The notes under the pieces: model-generated
Told to the model about the DNA's origin: nothing
The model's input: only the letters and a program-made list of their open reading frames with translations
Databases searched by the model: none
Shown: positions 31,201 to 37,549 of the stretch, in pieces
Layout of the letters: every line of letters begins with the position of its first letter
Numbering within the stretch: position 1 is the stretch's first letter
Translations under genes and position numbers: made by a program
NCBI GenBank assembly: GCA_003152105.1
Contig: PLZJ01000002.1
Location: 6,188 to 70,187 of the forward strand
Origin: Candidatus Levyibacteriota bacterium
Lineage (GTDB): Bacteria; Patescibacteriota; Microgenomatia; Levybacterales; UBA12049
Direction: 5' to 3'
DNA: 64,000 bases

Positions 31201-33631
31201 TGTTATAAATGCAATTGGAGACTCAGGAAGTCTTATTCCAAATTCTGGATTTGAATCTGCTCTTGCGGGAACATCATCGGCAAGCACAGTATATTTTGCA
31301 GATGGTTGGGCAATAGCAGCAACAATGTCTGCCAATACAATCCCGCAAACAACACGAGATACGAGTACTTCCGCTAAAGGTCAAGCTTCAGCTAAGATAA
31401 ACTTTAATGGTGGTTTAGCAGAACAAACTGCCATTTATTCTGATTGCGTACCTTTAGCGCTAGCATCTGGAACCGGCTCATATAATTTATATTATTATGC
31501 TAAATATTCCTCTAACATTCCTACTGTACGCTCATATATTGATGGATATACGTCAAAAGCAAATTGTCAAGGCGATATAAGTCCGACAATAGGCGGGATG
31601 GGTTCTCCTACTTTAACTACTTCGTGGGCAAACTACGGAACTGCAAACATTTCAGGCTTAGGTGCAAATATTACATGGGGACGTGTTCATTTCTTTATTG
31701 CTTCAACAAATCCAGGTGGAGCAGCTTGGATAGACGGCGTAAGGCTCATAGAATCTGATACTTCTCATGGTGTTGACTATGCTGAAAATTACCCTGCAAA
31801 TCCAAGCAATATTCCTCAACCAGGAGATGTGGTTACTATCCTACCATTAAATGGTGTAACTGTTGTTCAACCCTCTACGACATATCAAGATTCCTCAACA
31901 ATTGGAGTTGTTTCAACGCAACCAGGAGAAGTGCTTGACGATGGGCAAATGCCTAGTCCAAAAGTTCCAATTGCCCTATCAGGACGAATACCAGTCAAGG
32001 TATCTACTAAATATGGCTCTATACATGTTGGAGATTATGTAACCTCTTCTGAAATACCTGGAGTAGCTGTTAAATCTACAAGACCAGGGATTGTAATTGG
32101 AACTGCAATGGAAGATGATACCGATCCTAATCCAGATGATATAAATAGCATAGTAGTATTTACACATGTAGGTTATGAAAATCCTATGCCACAAATTGCA
32201 AGCATCAATGATCTTTCTATTACTGCAAATGATAATTCTGTTGATAATTCACTTGCCTATATTATTAAAGACGCCACAGGCAATACTATTGATTATATAG
32301 ATGCATTTTCTTCTGCAGCGATTGGGGTATTAAAAGCTGGCTCAATCCAAGCAACAGATATAGCAACAAACACCCTTTCAATCAATGGTCAATCCATAAA
32401 AGATTATATCCTTTCAGTTGTACAAAATGCTGGACTTAACAACGGCACTCTTATATCACCTATTGCATCAGTGAATGAGATTCATACTAATTTAATTTCC
32501 CCGCTTTCAGAAAATGGAAATGTTGAAATAGCTTTAGGAAATAACACAGTTTCAGTTCAAAATAAAACAACTGGAAAAACAGTTGCATCTATTGATGATA
32601 ATGGAAATGCAACATTCTCAGGTACGATTCGAGCAAAACGAATTATTGCAGATGAAATAGTTGGATTAAATAACAGTACAGAGTCTGCAAGTTATATTAC
32701 TCAAAACGTTTCAAATATTACAAATGTTTATAATAGTACGCCTTCTGCAAGTTCAAACATTATCTCTCCAGTAAGTTCAGGAAGCGGACAGATTGCTTCA
32801 AATGTAGATACCCTATCTTCAAGTAATTTACAAACGAGTAATATTGATATTGCATCATATTCATCAGAGCTTCAATCTGTTAATAATCTACAAGAAACTA
32901 CTGGCAGCTTTACTGACGGTTTAATCGCTTTTGGCCCATCTAGCTTCACGGATGTTTCAGTTGCAGGAAAGTTCTCTGTTGATAGAAGTTTAACTATTGG
33001 GAGCAACTCAATAAATGTCATTGGAAACGATTTACAGCTTCAACCCCTACAACAAGGCGGCGTATCCATTGAAGGAGGATTAGTTTACATTGATGCTTCT
33101 GGAAACATGCGAGTGAATGGAAATACCGAATTTGCACAAAATGTGACAGTAAAAGGAACTTTAGCCGCAGGAATTATAAGCCCATTAGCAAATCAAAATT
33201 TGAATGTTGAGCTTCCTGGCAACAATAATTTTAATGTACAAACAGCTACAGGAAGTAGTGTATTACAAATAAATGGTAAAGGAGATATTAATTCATCTGG
33301 AAGTGGGAATTTTGCGGATGTATTAGCTAATGAATTTAACATTATTAGAAGTGCACAAGCAGATACTTCAAATACTCAAACAGTAGCAAGTGGTTCCGCA
33401 GGAACAGCAACAATTGTAAAGGGTCAAACTGAAAGAACAATTATAACACCCTATGTAAAAGCAAATTCATTGATTTATATTACTCCAACTTCAGATACAC
33501 AAGGAGTCATTCCTTATGTTGCTCGCCAAACAACAAATGATCCAGATAATAATAACAAGAGCTCATTTACTATTCAAATTTCTACACCAACATCAAAAAA
33601 TATAAATGTTAATTGGTGGATTGTAAATTAA
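22277..33631 (+). CDS. Giant (3784 aa) membrane-anchored surface protein. It has N-terminal tandem tyrosine-recombinase-type core-binding (SAM-like) domains, a basic linker, a TM anchor, a LamG-like lectin module, a Gly-rich repeat region, repeated Cys-loop modules and a conserved C-terminal module.
   Basis: aa 1-215: two copies of the 'T(V/I)KNY..D(I/V).QF.KW....LSSLRK(F/Y)' integrase N-terminal pattern. The first ATG lies after an in-frame TAA at 22265. TM 'YSITHYFHFAILIIFASTVAFITY' at ~23410-23490. LamG hallmark 'YYKFDENSGTIANDATGNGNTATLNGA..WTSSGK...LQLDGSTNYVS' at 26488-27130. Confidence 0.8.
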   Translation: MEFIKSFIDFLIEHKSSKATVKNYRADISQFVKWYEATYKTTFSPNDVTNQIIASYKTVRLSSDSNNTLSQKTIERHLSSLRKFFSYLLSENITTSNPFAASEEKQIEKDIWHIQAFKNFLYVNNSSNLTIKNYIIDVRQFLKWVEEVVQAQEAWIVTDQNIFTYINKNLIEEYRSRLIESSGFSPTSVNRKLSSLRKYISWAVDNGIVANIEEDPISNNLVKDDVLKNISENINDNKYITNKHFDEVIANQTSAYSSIPPIRLIQRAFKLLDLAFVFFLIIPTAKAFKLSKYNFWKFKGKEVFTSQTPISPKLDSINKLNRIQNNVSNRLLNLRKQNPNIKKIFYAPLSVSTKYMPFHKKLLFHLRYTRPKWYKKYHSYSITHYFHFAILIIFASTVAFITYQHFFQSKGNQAEAVAQTTIPRILSFQGILTDANGNPIATTKQIRFELYNDPSATGSGKELWEEVRTVTPDQNGIFAVNLGINGVSTGNCASFPPPGPATGACTIPVSVFTQNSNVYLGVTIGSDIELTPRQQIAAVGFAANSESLQGLIPTTDTGSISSLSLGNYYEVLATDGNGNVTLGGSTLTTIQETGGGLRLIGNPLILTTANGGNLQLSTDTKGLIDVQKPLTNTTTNGNARINGTGNVTDTGAVEVDGLFATLATSSGQSAVTIDQQSTGPVLSASVSGQAVFTIDNSGNLTNSGNITTSGSGAGLTFSGGSTHNISASGGTLQLGAITLNGAIAGGGQNITGLGTINGLGITANTGVITTGTWNANPISTQYGGTGQNWSSAAQGSIPYFSSTGGMGLIGVGSSAQCLIGGTTPTWSSCSSASSNYWQLDATGKVLSQINSYDLTVGSSPATGSSTSSAAFQVFALSKGNTPAGTISSAGNLQVAGIASSSALAVGYGINQVTANNLVVSGNVGIGTNTPAALLDIEGTTGAPNANQVLKIIGGTGVGGGSGLAGGTGAIASISAGNGGAGGSNASGNGGFGGNGGGQLILAGSGGTGGNSTLANQSGGFGGQGGTLGFVTGNGGNGGSDTAGSGAATSNGGNGGNGGDFNLILGTGGQGGSSHGSSSTIGLGGNGGSVYLQAGTGGTAGAAGNGINNDGLGGNITIAGGTGGSSTLGTFGNGGKVYIYGGLAGSGSVGNVVLAQTSAGVNQGNVGIGQANPTSILDIGTVNPTIQADSSNTNLALSTNGTGSLFIDTTAAGNIKIASNAALLSLGNSTHLTTLLGNNIYNPNITGAGNTGGVFYDANNQGSLAVTAAGSNGNCLLSGGAGAPTWGSCGSAGGSYWQLNSNVVSPVQNYFDLSVGGTATASAPFQVFASRNPLTFTPAGTISTLGNIQVAGVASSSALAVGYGQNQVQSGSGNAVFSGNVGVGTNTTSNAQLTDQLSSYTLLNSLQVYYKFDENSGTIANDATGNGNTATLNGANIWTSSGKINSGLQLDGSTNYVSTNYVGPLGSNARSVNIWFKGWTTTERTIWNYGGAGTAGALDFEEGIGGNGNSIGFRTGGGAYGYWTTSLTNDGLWHMLTVTYAAGGLENTIKLYLDGVQQNSLTDNFGGNTVNTTSGVLTMGDITGTGISGLDEFAVWGRSLTSAEVTQLYNSGSGKQYSFTSLLQLLSNSGSVLSSFNGAGSLGIGTIAQNALDVFGSAAFGSYAGNQYAPTNGLIISGNVGIGTSSPSGQLQVFGSSNNPTASISANSAYTGLLVDNSGGTSAQGSIFTASTSGITKFTVNNNGLILVGTNSTTNPGTLSVYGTIQSNGIANGGTDFLALGLPSTPTGLPQYLGNWQSTQAWALGPISNSSTDKTVYLGIASNTTGTWNGASYANLSVGGNVAVGYHYPSFTGIASLIVNQQTGGADLITASASGTTKFNVDNNGDITIAAGSYIDTNAGGTLSIGTNNATTLNLATNTNVTALSIGNGSSVDKIFGSGITTNQNSVLYLGAANQLGAATTGSSNLCLVSGANTPTWTACSGVSSNYWIQTNGIGVANGGYTALGNTTTDLLIGGTSTASAEFAVLNVAPGLTPVASVSAGSSGTGTTENSGISLSANGTIQTVGRTTLTVGGNTTGDIFFNPGGVGLGNSLSIDVGGNVGIGMNNGNVPNAPLQIRTAIPDVSNGTDINITGTMSSLTNGQYGARITPQLGISSNPASNLFEYGAENSPSFNMANTGVTFSKVFLVGSDANNFLSGNGILGTSIGFQTETTLNNDTTRVTNAIGLNVEGIVKNCLTCVVGNSTGIDIFDQSGLATNTANLVINTSGTVPTGNYSIYNASSLQNYFAGNLGLGTVSPTAQLQVVGTNSPTASISANSAFTGLVVDNKGGTANLGDIFTASASGLARFTIANNGNLTLNGSTYTTNNNSVLYTNGSGNLLAATTGSSNLCLVSGVSAPTWTACSGVSSNYWIQTNGIGVAGGGYTALGNTTTDLLIGGTSTASAKFAVLNVAPGGTPVASVSAGTSSSGTTENSGIALSANGSIQSVGKTTLTIGGNTTGDISLNPGNNGAGTLYLASTGNIGIGTTAPTAQLQVGGGLSSPGNITVSSISANTNQAGLIVDNGGGLNNAGAIFTASAAGMSRFTIANSGNLTLNASTYTANNINVLYSNSSGNVLAASTSTGNLCLTSNSGGTAAAWGNCSSASSNYWQLSGNVLSPGLLSDDLVIGGSSTSSAAFQVFSGKKTYGAITEPAGTASSSGDLSFGAANGTTQNLNILNGNSFQIRTSPGGPEGLLATPALYVKNNGNVGIGTVAPASKLEVNGDISSKNTSVQGYVYAYDTSGSHYVRMYNDGTNGYVSLSDGATLGISSNTYVFTQTQQYFRAQGNTFTNYVGLQDTDATGGKLTTSFANLNINTDMTTVVNTTGTNVSDIFAASSSATTRFVINSNGNVGIGTSQPGAQLQIVGTNAPTASISANSAYAGLVIDNKGGTNNGGDLFTASSAGQTRFRIANTGAALFQGDTLTSIGNGAQYNGSNAVINAIGDSGSLIPNSGFESALAGTSSASTVYFADGWAIAATMSANTIPQTTRDTSTSAKGQASAKINFNGGLAEQTAIYSDCVPLALASGTGSYNLYYYAKYSSNIPTVRSYIDGYTSKANCQGDISPTIGGMGSPTLTTSWANYGTANISGLGANITWGRVHFFIASTNPGGAAWIDGVRLIESDTSHGVDYAENYPANPSNIPQPGDVVTILPLNGVTVVQPSTTYQDSSTIGVVSTQPGEVLDDGQMPSPKVPIALSGRIPVKVSTKYGSIHVGDYVTSSEIPGVAVKSTRPGIVIGTAMEDDTDPNPDDINSIVVFTHVGYENPMPQIASINDLSITANDNSVDNSLAYIIKDATGNTIDYIDAFSSAAIGVLKAGSIQATDIATNTLSINGQSIKDYILSVVQNAGLNNGTLISPIASVNEIHTNLISPLSENGNVEIALGNNTVSVQNKTTGKTVASIDDNGNATFSGTIRAKRIIADEIVGLNNSTESASYITQNVSNITNVYNSTPSASSNIISPVSSGSGQIASNVDTLSSSNLQTSNIDIASYSSELQSVNNLQETTGSFTDGLIAFGPSSFTDVSVAGKFSVDRSLTIGSNSINVIGNDLQLQPLQQGGVSIEGGLVYIDASGNMRVNGNTEFAQNVTVKGTLAAGIISPLANQNLNVELPGNNNFNVQTATGSSVLQINGKGDINSSGSGNFADVLANEFNIIRSAQADTSNTQTVASGSAGTATIVKGQTERTIITPYVKANSLIYITPTSDTQGVIPYVARQTTNDPDNNNKSSFTIQISTPTSKNINVNWWIVN
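25133..25710 (+). repeat. Gly-rich low-complexity coding repeats (GGNGG/GGTGG-type) inside the giant gene
   Basis: ~190 aa of 'GGTGVGGGSGLAGGTG...NGGNGGNGGDF...GGQGGSS...GTGGTAGAAGNG'. Confidence 0.7.
28141..29775 (+). repeat. Intragenic duplication within the giant gene. Two ~365-nt copies (28141-28512 and 29411-29775) encode ~95% identical peptide modules. The nucleotide copies differ at many synonymous sites.
   Basis: Both encode 'AATTGSSNLCLVSG...PTWTACSGVSSNYWIQTNGIGVA.GGYTALGNTTTDLLIGGTSTASA.FAVLNVAPG.TPVASVSAG...TTENSGI.LSANG.IQ.VG.TTLT.GGNTTGDI'. Confidence 0.7.
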
Positions 33632-33746
33632 TATAGATACATCACACTGCAAACTAAATATTATGCAATAATTAGCTTTAATTTAAATAAAAAAGTATCA
33701 ATTATATTGCTACTTTCGGGATAAAATACTAAAGAATAATTATCCC

Positions 33747-33775
33747 TTGACATTATACATTTAGCTTGGTATTGT
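33747..33775 (+). promoter_or_regulatory. Sigma70-like promoter candidate for the 33795 gene (short leader)
   Basis: TTGACA 33747-33752, 17-nt spacer, TATTGT 33770-33775. ATG ~20 nt downstream. Confidence 0.3.
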
Positions 33776-33794
33776 TGAACATACAAATACAAAT

Positions 33795-35966
33795 ATGACT
33801 GAATCAAAAAACTCTTCATCAAAATTTTTTGAGAATCTATCTTTAATATTGCTTGGAATTTTATTCATATTTTTCCCGATTGTTTTCTCTTCATTAACCA
33901 CAGATACGTTTGGCCTGCCTAAACAAATACTCCTTGGTATTATTGCACTTAGCACCCTTATTTTCTTAGGCATTCGAATGATCACAGAGGGTGAAATTAA
34001 ACTTAGAAATACACCATTTGATATACCAATACTTATTTTTGGCTTAGTAGTGCTTGTATCGGCTATTTTTTCGATTGACAGATCCGATGCTCTCACGTCA
34101 TTCGTGCCACTACTTTTTGCTATTCTGATGTATTTTGTTATAGTAAATACAGCAAAATCAGAAGGCAATGTATTATTTCTACTTGCCACTTCAGTTCTTG
34201 GTGGCTGCATAGTATCAGTATTGCAAGTGCTTACTTATTTCAATATCTATGTATTACCAATGCAATATACGCACGTTAGAGTATTTACTCCACTAGGATC
34301 TTTGCTAGATCAAGCTCTTTATCTTGGTTTATTATTACCAATGGTTGGTTATTTAGCGTATGCTACTGCCCAACCTATACTCAATAAAGCAAGGAATTCA
34401 TCTTCATCTAATTCAGTTGCCAGATTTGCTGGATTTATAATTGCAACAATAATTTTACTTTTTGGTTTTGTTATCACAATATATGAACTTATAACTGTTC
34501 AGCAGCCATTAATATTACCTTTTGACACTGGTTTTCAAACTGGTTTTGCAGCAATATCTCAAGATACTGGTAGAATTGCTCAAAGCTTTCTCTTAGGAAG
34601 CGGCTACGGCACATTTCTAATTGATTTTTCAAGATTTAAAGCTGCGGCATATAATAATAATCCAAATCTTTGGGCTTTTACGTTCTTTAGATCTTCAAGC
34701 TTCATATTAGAACTACTTGCAACAACTGGAGTTCTGGGCTTGCTTTCATATTTATTCTTATCTTTTAAGATTATTAAAGACAAACCAAATAGAAAAGAAG
34801 GTGGTTTTGGAGTATTTCTTTCAGTAATAGTCGCATTAATATTATCATTAATACTACCATTCTCTTTTATCATTACCACTTTGCTTTTTATATTGCTTGG
34901 TTTATTTGCTTCTATTCAGGGACTTGCTCATCCAGAACGAGTTTATGATTTGTCACTTAAGTTAAGAGGCGTTATGACAGGAGGAAAAGTATTTCAATCC
35001 TCTCAAGAACGTTCCTTTGATAGAGCTCTCCCAGTAATATTTTTAATCCCTATAATAATAATTGTTGCTGGAGTTGGATATTTTAGTTATCAATATTCAC
35101 TTTCAGACATTACCTTCCAAAAGTCATTAGTTGCAGCGCAACAAAACAATGGACTTCTTACTTATAATTTACAAAATAACGCAATCAATATGTTCCCCTA
35201 CAGAGATGCATACTATCGAATATTTTCTCAAACAAATTTATCCTTAGCTAATTCATTAGCATTGCAACAACCAAGAGGTAAAAAAGTTCCTACGCAAACA
35301 CAACAAACGATATATACGCTTGTTCAGCAATCTATAAACGCTGGACGGTCTGCAGTAGCATTATCTCCCGCAAATACTCTAGATTGGCAAAATTTATCAT
35401 CAGTATATCGTGCATTAATTGGATTTGGTACAAATGCAGAAAACTTCTCTATAGCTGCGAATCAACAAGCAATTGCTCTAGATTCAAATAACCCTCAGGA
35501 ATATATTAATCTTGGAGGTATATACTATCAATTATCTCAATGGGATCAAGCTATTAATGAATTTTCTATTGCGGTAAACTTAAAACCTGATTATGCAAAT
35601 GCACATTATAATCTTGGACACGCTTTAGAACAAAAAGGAGACTTACCTGATGCACTCGCTCAATATAAAATTGTTGCGCAACTAGTTGCAAATAATCCAA
35701 CAAATGTAAAAACTATCAACAGTGACATTGCAGCATTACAAGCAAAGCAAGTTGCCGCTACAAAAACACCAACGATTCAATCAAAAACACCTAATCAACC
35801 AGCGCTAGGAATTAATAATTCACAAGCACAATTACCAGCAAGAAATCCAAAAGCGACTATTCCTGGACCTGGCGTATCACCTCAACCTACAAAAGAGATC
35901 CCTACTCCTACTGGTGCAACACAAACATCTCCTACAACCACGGTGAGCCCAACACCAGGATCTTAA
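33795..35966 (+). CDS. Polytopic membrane protein (O-antigen-ligase/Wzy_C-like region) with C-terminal TPR repeats and a Pro/Thr-rich tail
   Basis: More than 10 predicted TM helices. TPR-like 'YINLGGIYYQLSQWDQAINEFSIAVNLKPDYANAHYNLGHALEQKGDLPDALAQY'. The O-antigen-ligase assignment is by architecture only. Confidence 0.45.
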   Translation: MTESKNSSSKFFENLSLILLGILFIFFPIVFSSLTTDTFGLPKQILLGIIALSTLIFLGIRMITEGEIKLRNTPFDIPILIFGLVVLVSAIFSIDRSDALTSFVPLLFAILMYFVIVNTAKSEGNVLFLLATSVLGGCIVSVLQVLTYFNIYVLPMQYTHVRVFTPLGSLLDQALYLGLLLPMVGYLAYATAQPILNKARNSSSSNSVARFAGFIIATIILLFGFVITIYELITVQQPLILPFDTGFQTGFAAISQDTGRIAQSFLLGSGYGTFLIDFSRFKAAAYNNNPNLWAFTFFRSSSFILELLATTGVLGLLSYLFLSFKIIKDKPNRKEGGFGVFLSVIVALILSLILPFSFIITTLLFILLGLFASIQGLAHPERVYDLSLKLRGVMTGGKVFQSSQERSFDRALPVIFLIPIIIIVAGVGYFSYQYSLSDITFQKSLVAAQQNNGLLTYNLQNNAINMFPYRDAYYRIFSQTNLSLANSLALQQPRGKKVPTQTQQTIYTLVQQSINAGRSAVALSPANTLDWQNLSSVYRALIGFGTNAENFSIAANQQAIALDSNNPQEYINLGGIYYQLSQWDQAINEFSIAVNLKPDYANAHYNLGHALEQKGDLPDALAQYKIVAQLVANNPTNVKTINSDIAALQAKQVAATKTPTIQSKTPNQPALGINNSQAQLPARNPKATIPGPGVSPQPTKEIPTPTGATQTSPTTTVSPTPGS

Positions 35967-36100
35967 TCATCACAACCTAAGGATATCAATACATCTCTCA
36001 ATATATCTTTCTAATAGAGGTTAAACGTAGTGTGATTTTATTAATCACCAACTCTGTAGTTTCTATGGTAGTAACTATAAGTATTAATGACTGAAAAATG

Positions 36101-36171
36101 TGGACCCGAGGGGAATCGAACCCCTATCTTCTCCATGCCATGGAGACATTTTACCACTGAACTACGGGCCC
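36101..36171 (-). tRNA. tRNA-Ala (anticodon GGC)
   Basis: Reverse complement GGGCCCG...CGGGTCC-A. G3:U70 Ala identity pair, discriminator A, anticodon loop ATGGCAT, T-arm AGGGG-TTCGATT-CCCCT. Confidence 0.75.
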
Positions 36172-36204
36172 TTATTGTAATTAATTCCTAAGAATAACGT
36201 TTTG

Positions 36205-36277
36205 TGGACCTGAGCGGATTCGAACCGCCGATCTCCGCAATGCGAATGCGGCGCATTACCAACTGTGCTACAGGCCC
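36205..36277 (-). tRNA. tRNA-Ala (anticodon CGC)
   Basis: Reverse complement GGGCCTG...CAGGTCC-A. G3:U70, discriminator A, anticodon stem CCGCA/TGCGG with loop TTCGCAT, T-arm GGCGG-TTCGAAT-CCGCT. Confidence 0.75.
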
Positions 36278-36307
36278 AACTATTTAGCGTTTATTATAGC
36301 TTAAATG

Positions 36308-37507
36308 TTAATGTGTTCCCACATAACCAATTGGATCTACAAATACGCCGTTTCTTATAATCTCAAAATGGGTATGAGGACCAGTAGTTCTACCAGTTAA
36401 TCCCACCCACCCTACAACTGTTTGCCCACCAACTACTGATTGGCCAACTGACACATTTACTGCTTCCATGTGAGCATAATGAGTTTTGTAGCCATCTCCA
36501 TCATCTATATATACATTTGTACCATATCCTTCGTCATATCCTCCCACATGTACTATAGAAACGGTTCCAGAGTGTGCAGCATATATTGGAGTACCTATTG
36601 GAGCAGTAATATCATCTGCCTGGTGATACCAGCTAAAATATTGAGATATTCCAGTATTTGTAGGTAGCGGGAAGAACCAACCTCCTGCTGCAGCAGGCAC
36701 TTGCCCGTTATATGTTGAATCCTGCTGTTGCGTGGCAATATACGTGGGCACTTCGCTTGGCTTTACGCCATTTGGAACTATGATAATTTCGCCATCTACA
36801 AGGGTAAATGTTTCTGGATTGGCAAATTCGTTAAAAGGAAAATCGACAATTCCTTGCGGATCTGTGCCATACTTCTTAGCTATTGTATAAACAGTGTCTC
36901 CAGATTCAACTTTATGCGCTATTCCAGTTACAGGTAAAATTTTTAAATCATCTCCTGGGTTAATATTGTCATCTGATAAGTTATTTTCCCATCGTATGGT
37001 ATCTTCAGATATATTAAACTTCTTAGCAATAGTTGAAATTGTATCTCCATTTTGAACTGTATACGTAATGATTTGATCTCTTGGCTTTTGAGAAATGTTT
37101 GTAGCAAAAACATTATCACCTACTGCTATTGATTGCTGATCTGCCTGAGCACTTCCAATTTTTGGCACTGAAAAACTACTTTTTGAGAAGATTGGAAATG
37201 TGTCTGCAAGCATTGGACCAATTATTAATCCTAGCCCTAAAACTACCATGGTAGCTAAATGTAAAAAAGGACGGTTATACCGTCCACGTTTTGTTTTAAA
37301 CAAACGCATAAAAATATTTTTTTGTGATTCAAAATATAGGAATAAAGTAGTAATTTTTTTCTTCAAATAATAAAAGAGAAATCCAAAAAATGCGCCTAAT
37401 TCTTTATTGACGCGTCCAATATGACGAGGTAATAATGGGATTCTGCGAGCTCGCATGAGTTCATTTAGGATACCAAATCTCAGATTATTAGTCAAATATT
37501 TAGGCAC
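36308..37507 (-). CDS. LysM-domain M23-family peptidoglycan metalloendopeptidase (the true start may be the internal Met at ~37309)
   Basis: Two LysM repeats (YTVQNGDTISTIAKKF..., HKVESGDTVYTIAKKY...). M23 motifs 'HYAHM' and 'GPHTHFEI'. Confidence 0.75.
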   Translation of the reverse strand: MPKYLTNNLRFGILNELMRARRIPLLPRHIGRVNKELGAFFGFLFYYLKKKITTLFLYFESQKNIFMRLFKTKRGRYNRPFLHLATMVVLGLGLIIGPMLADTFPIFSKSSFSVPKIGSAQADQQSIAVGDNVFATNISQKPRDQIITYTVQNGDTISTIAKKFNISEDTIRWENNLSDDNINPGDDLKILPVTGIAHKVESGDTVYTIAKKYGTDPQGIVDFPFNEFANPETFTLVDGEIIIVPNGVKPSEVPTYIATQQQDSTYNGQVPAAAGGWFFPLPTNTGISQYFSWYHQADDITAPIGTPIYAAHSGTVSIVHVGGYDEGYGTNVYIDDGDGYKTHYAHMEAVNVSVGQSVVGGQTVVGWVGLTGRTTGPHTHFEIIRNGVFVDPIGYVGTH

Positions 37508-37549
37508 TAAGGGTGGCTAATTGCTGTCTAGGATATACATGAAGATGCG

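Noticed and set aside
22753-33631. Numerous 60-160-aa ORFs on both strands inside the giant gene (e.g. 28273..28677 -, 25006..25206 -, 29346..29579 +)
   Set aside because: Reverse- or alternate-frame readings of Gly/Thr/Ala-rich repeats (Pro/Val-rich translations). They are nested in a continuous 11-kb ORF with coherent domain structure.
22277-33631. Giant as RHS/YD-repeat polymorphic toxin, or SLH S-layer protein
   Set aside because: No YD/RHS repeat pattern, no C-terminal toxin-like divergent tip bounded by a DPxG-type motif, and no SLH motifs were recognised.
34604-34879. 91-aa minus-strand ORF
   Set aside because: Antisense inside the 33795..35966 membrane/TPR gene.
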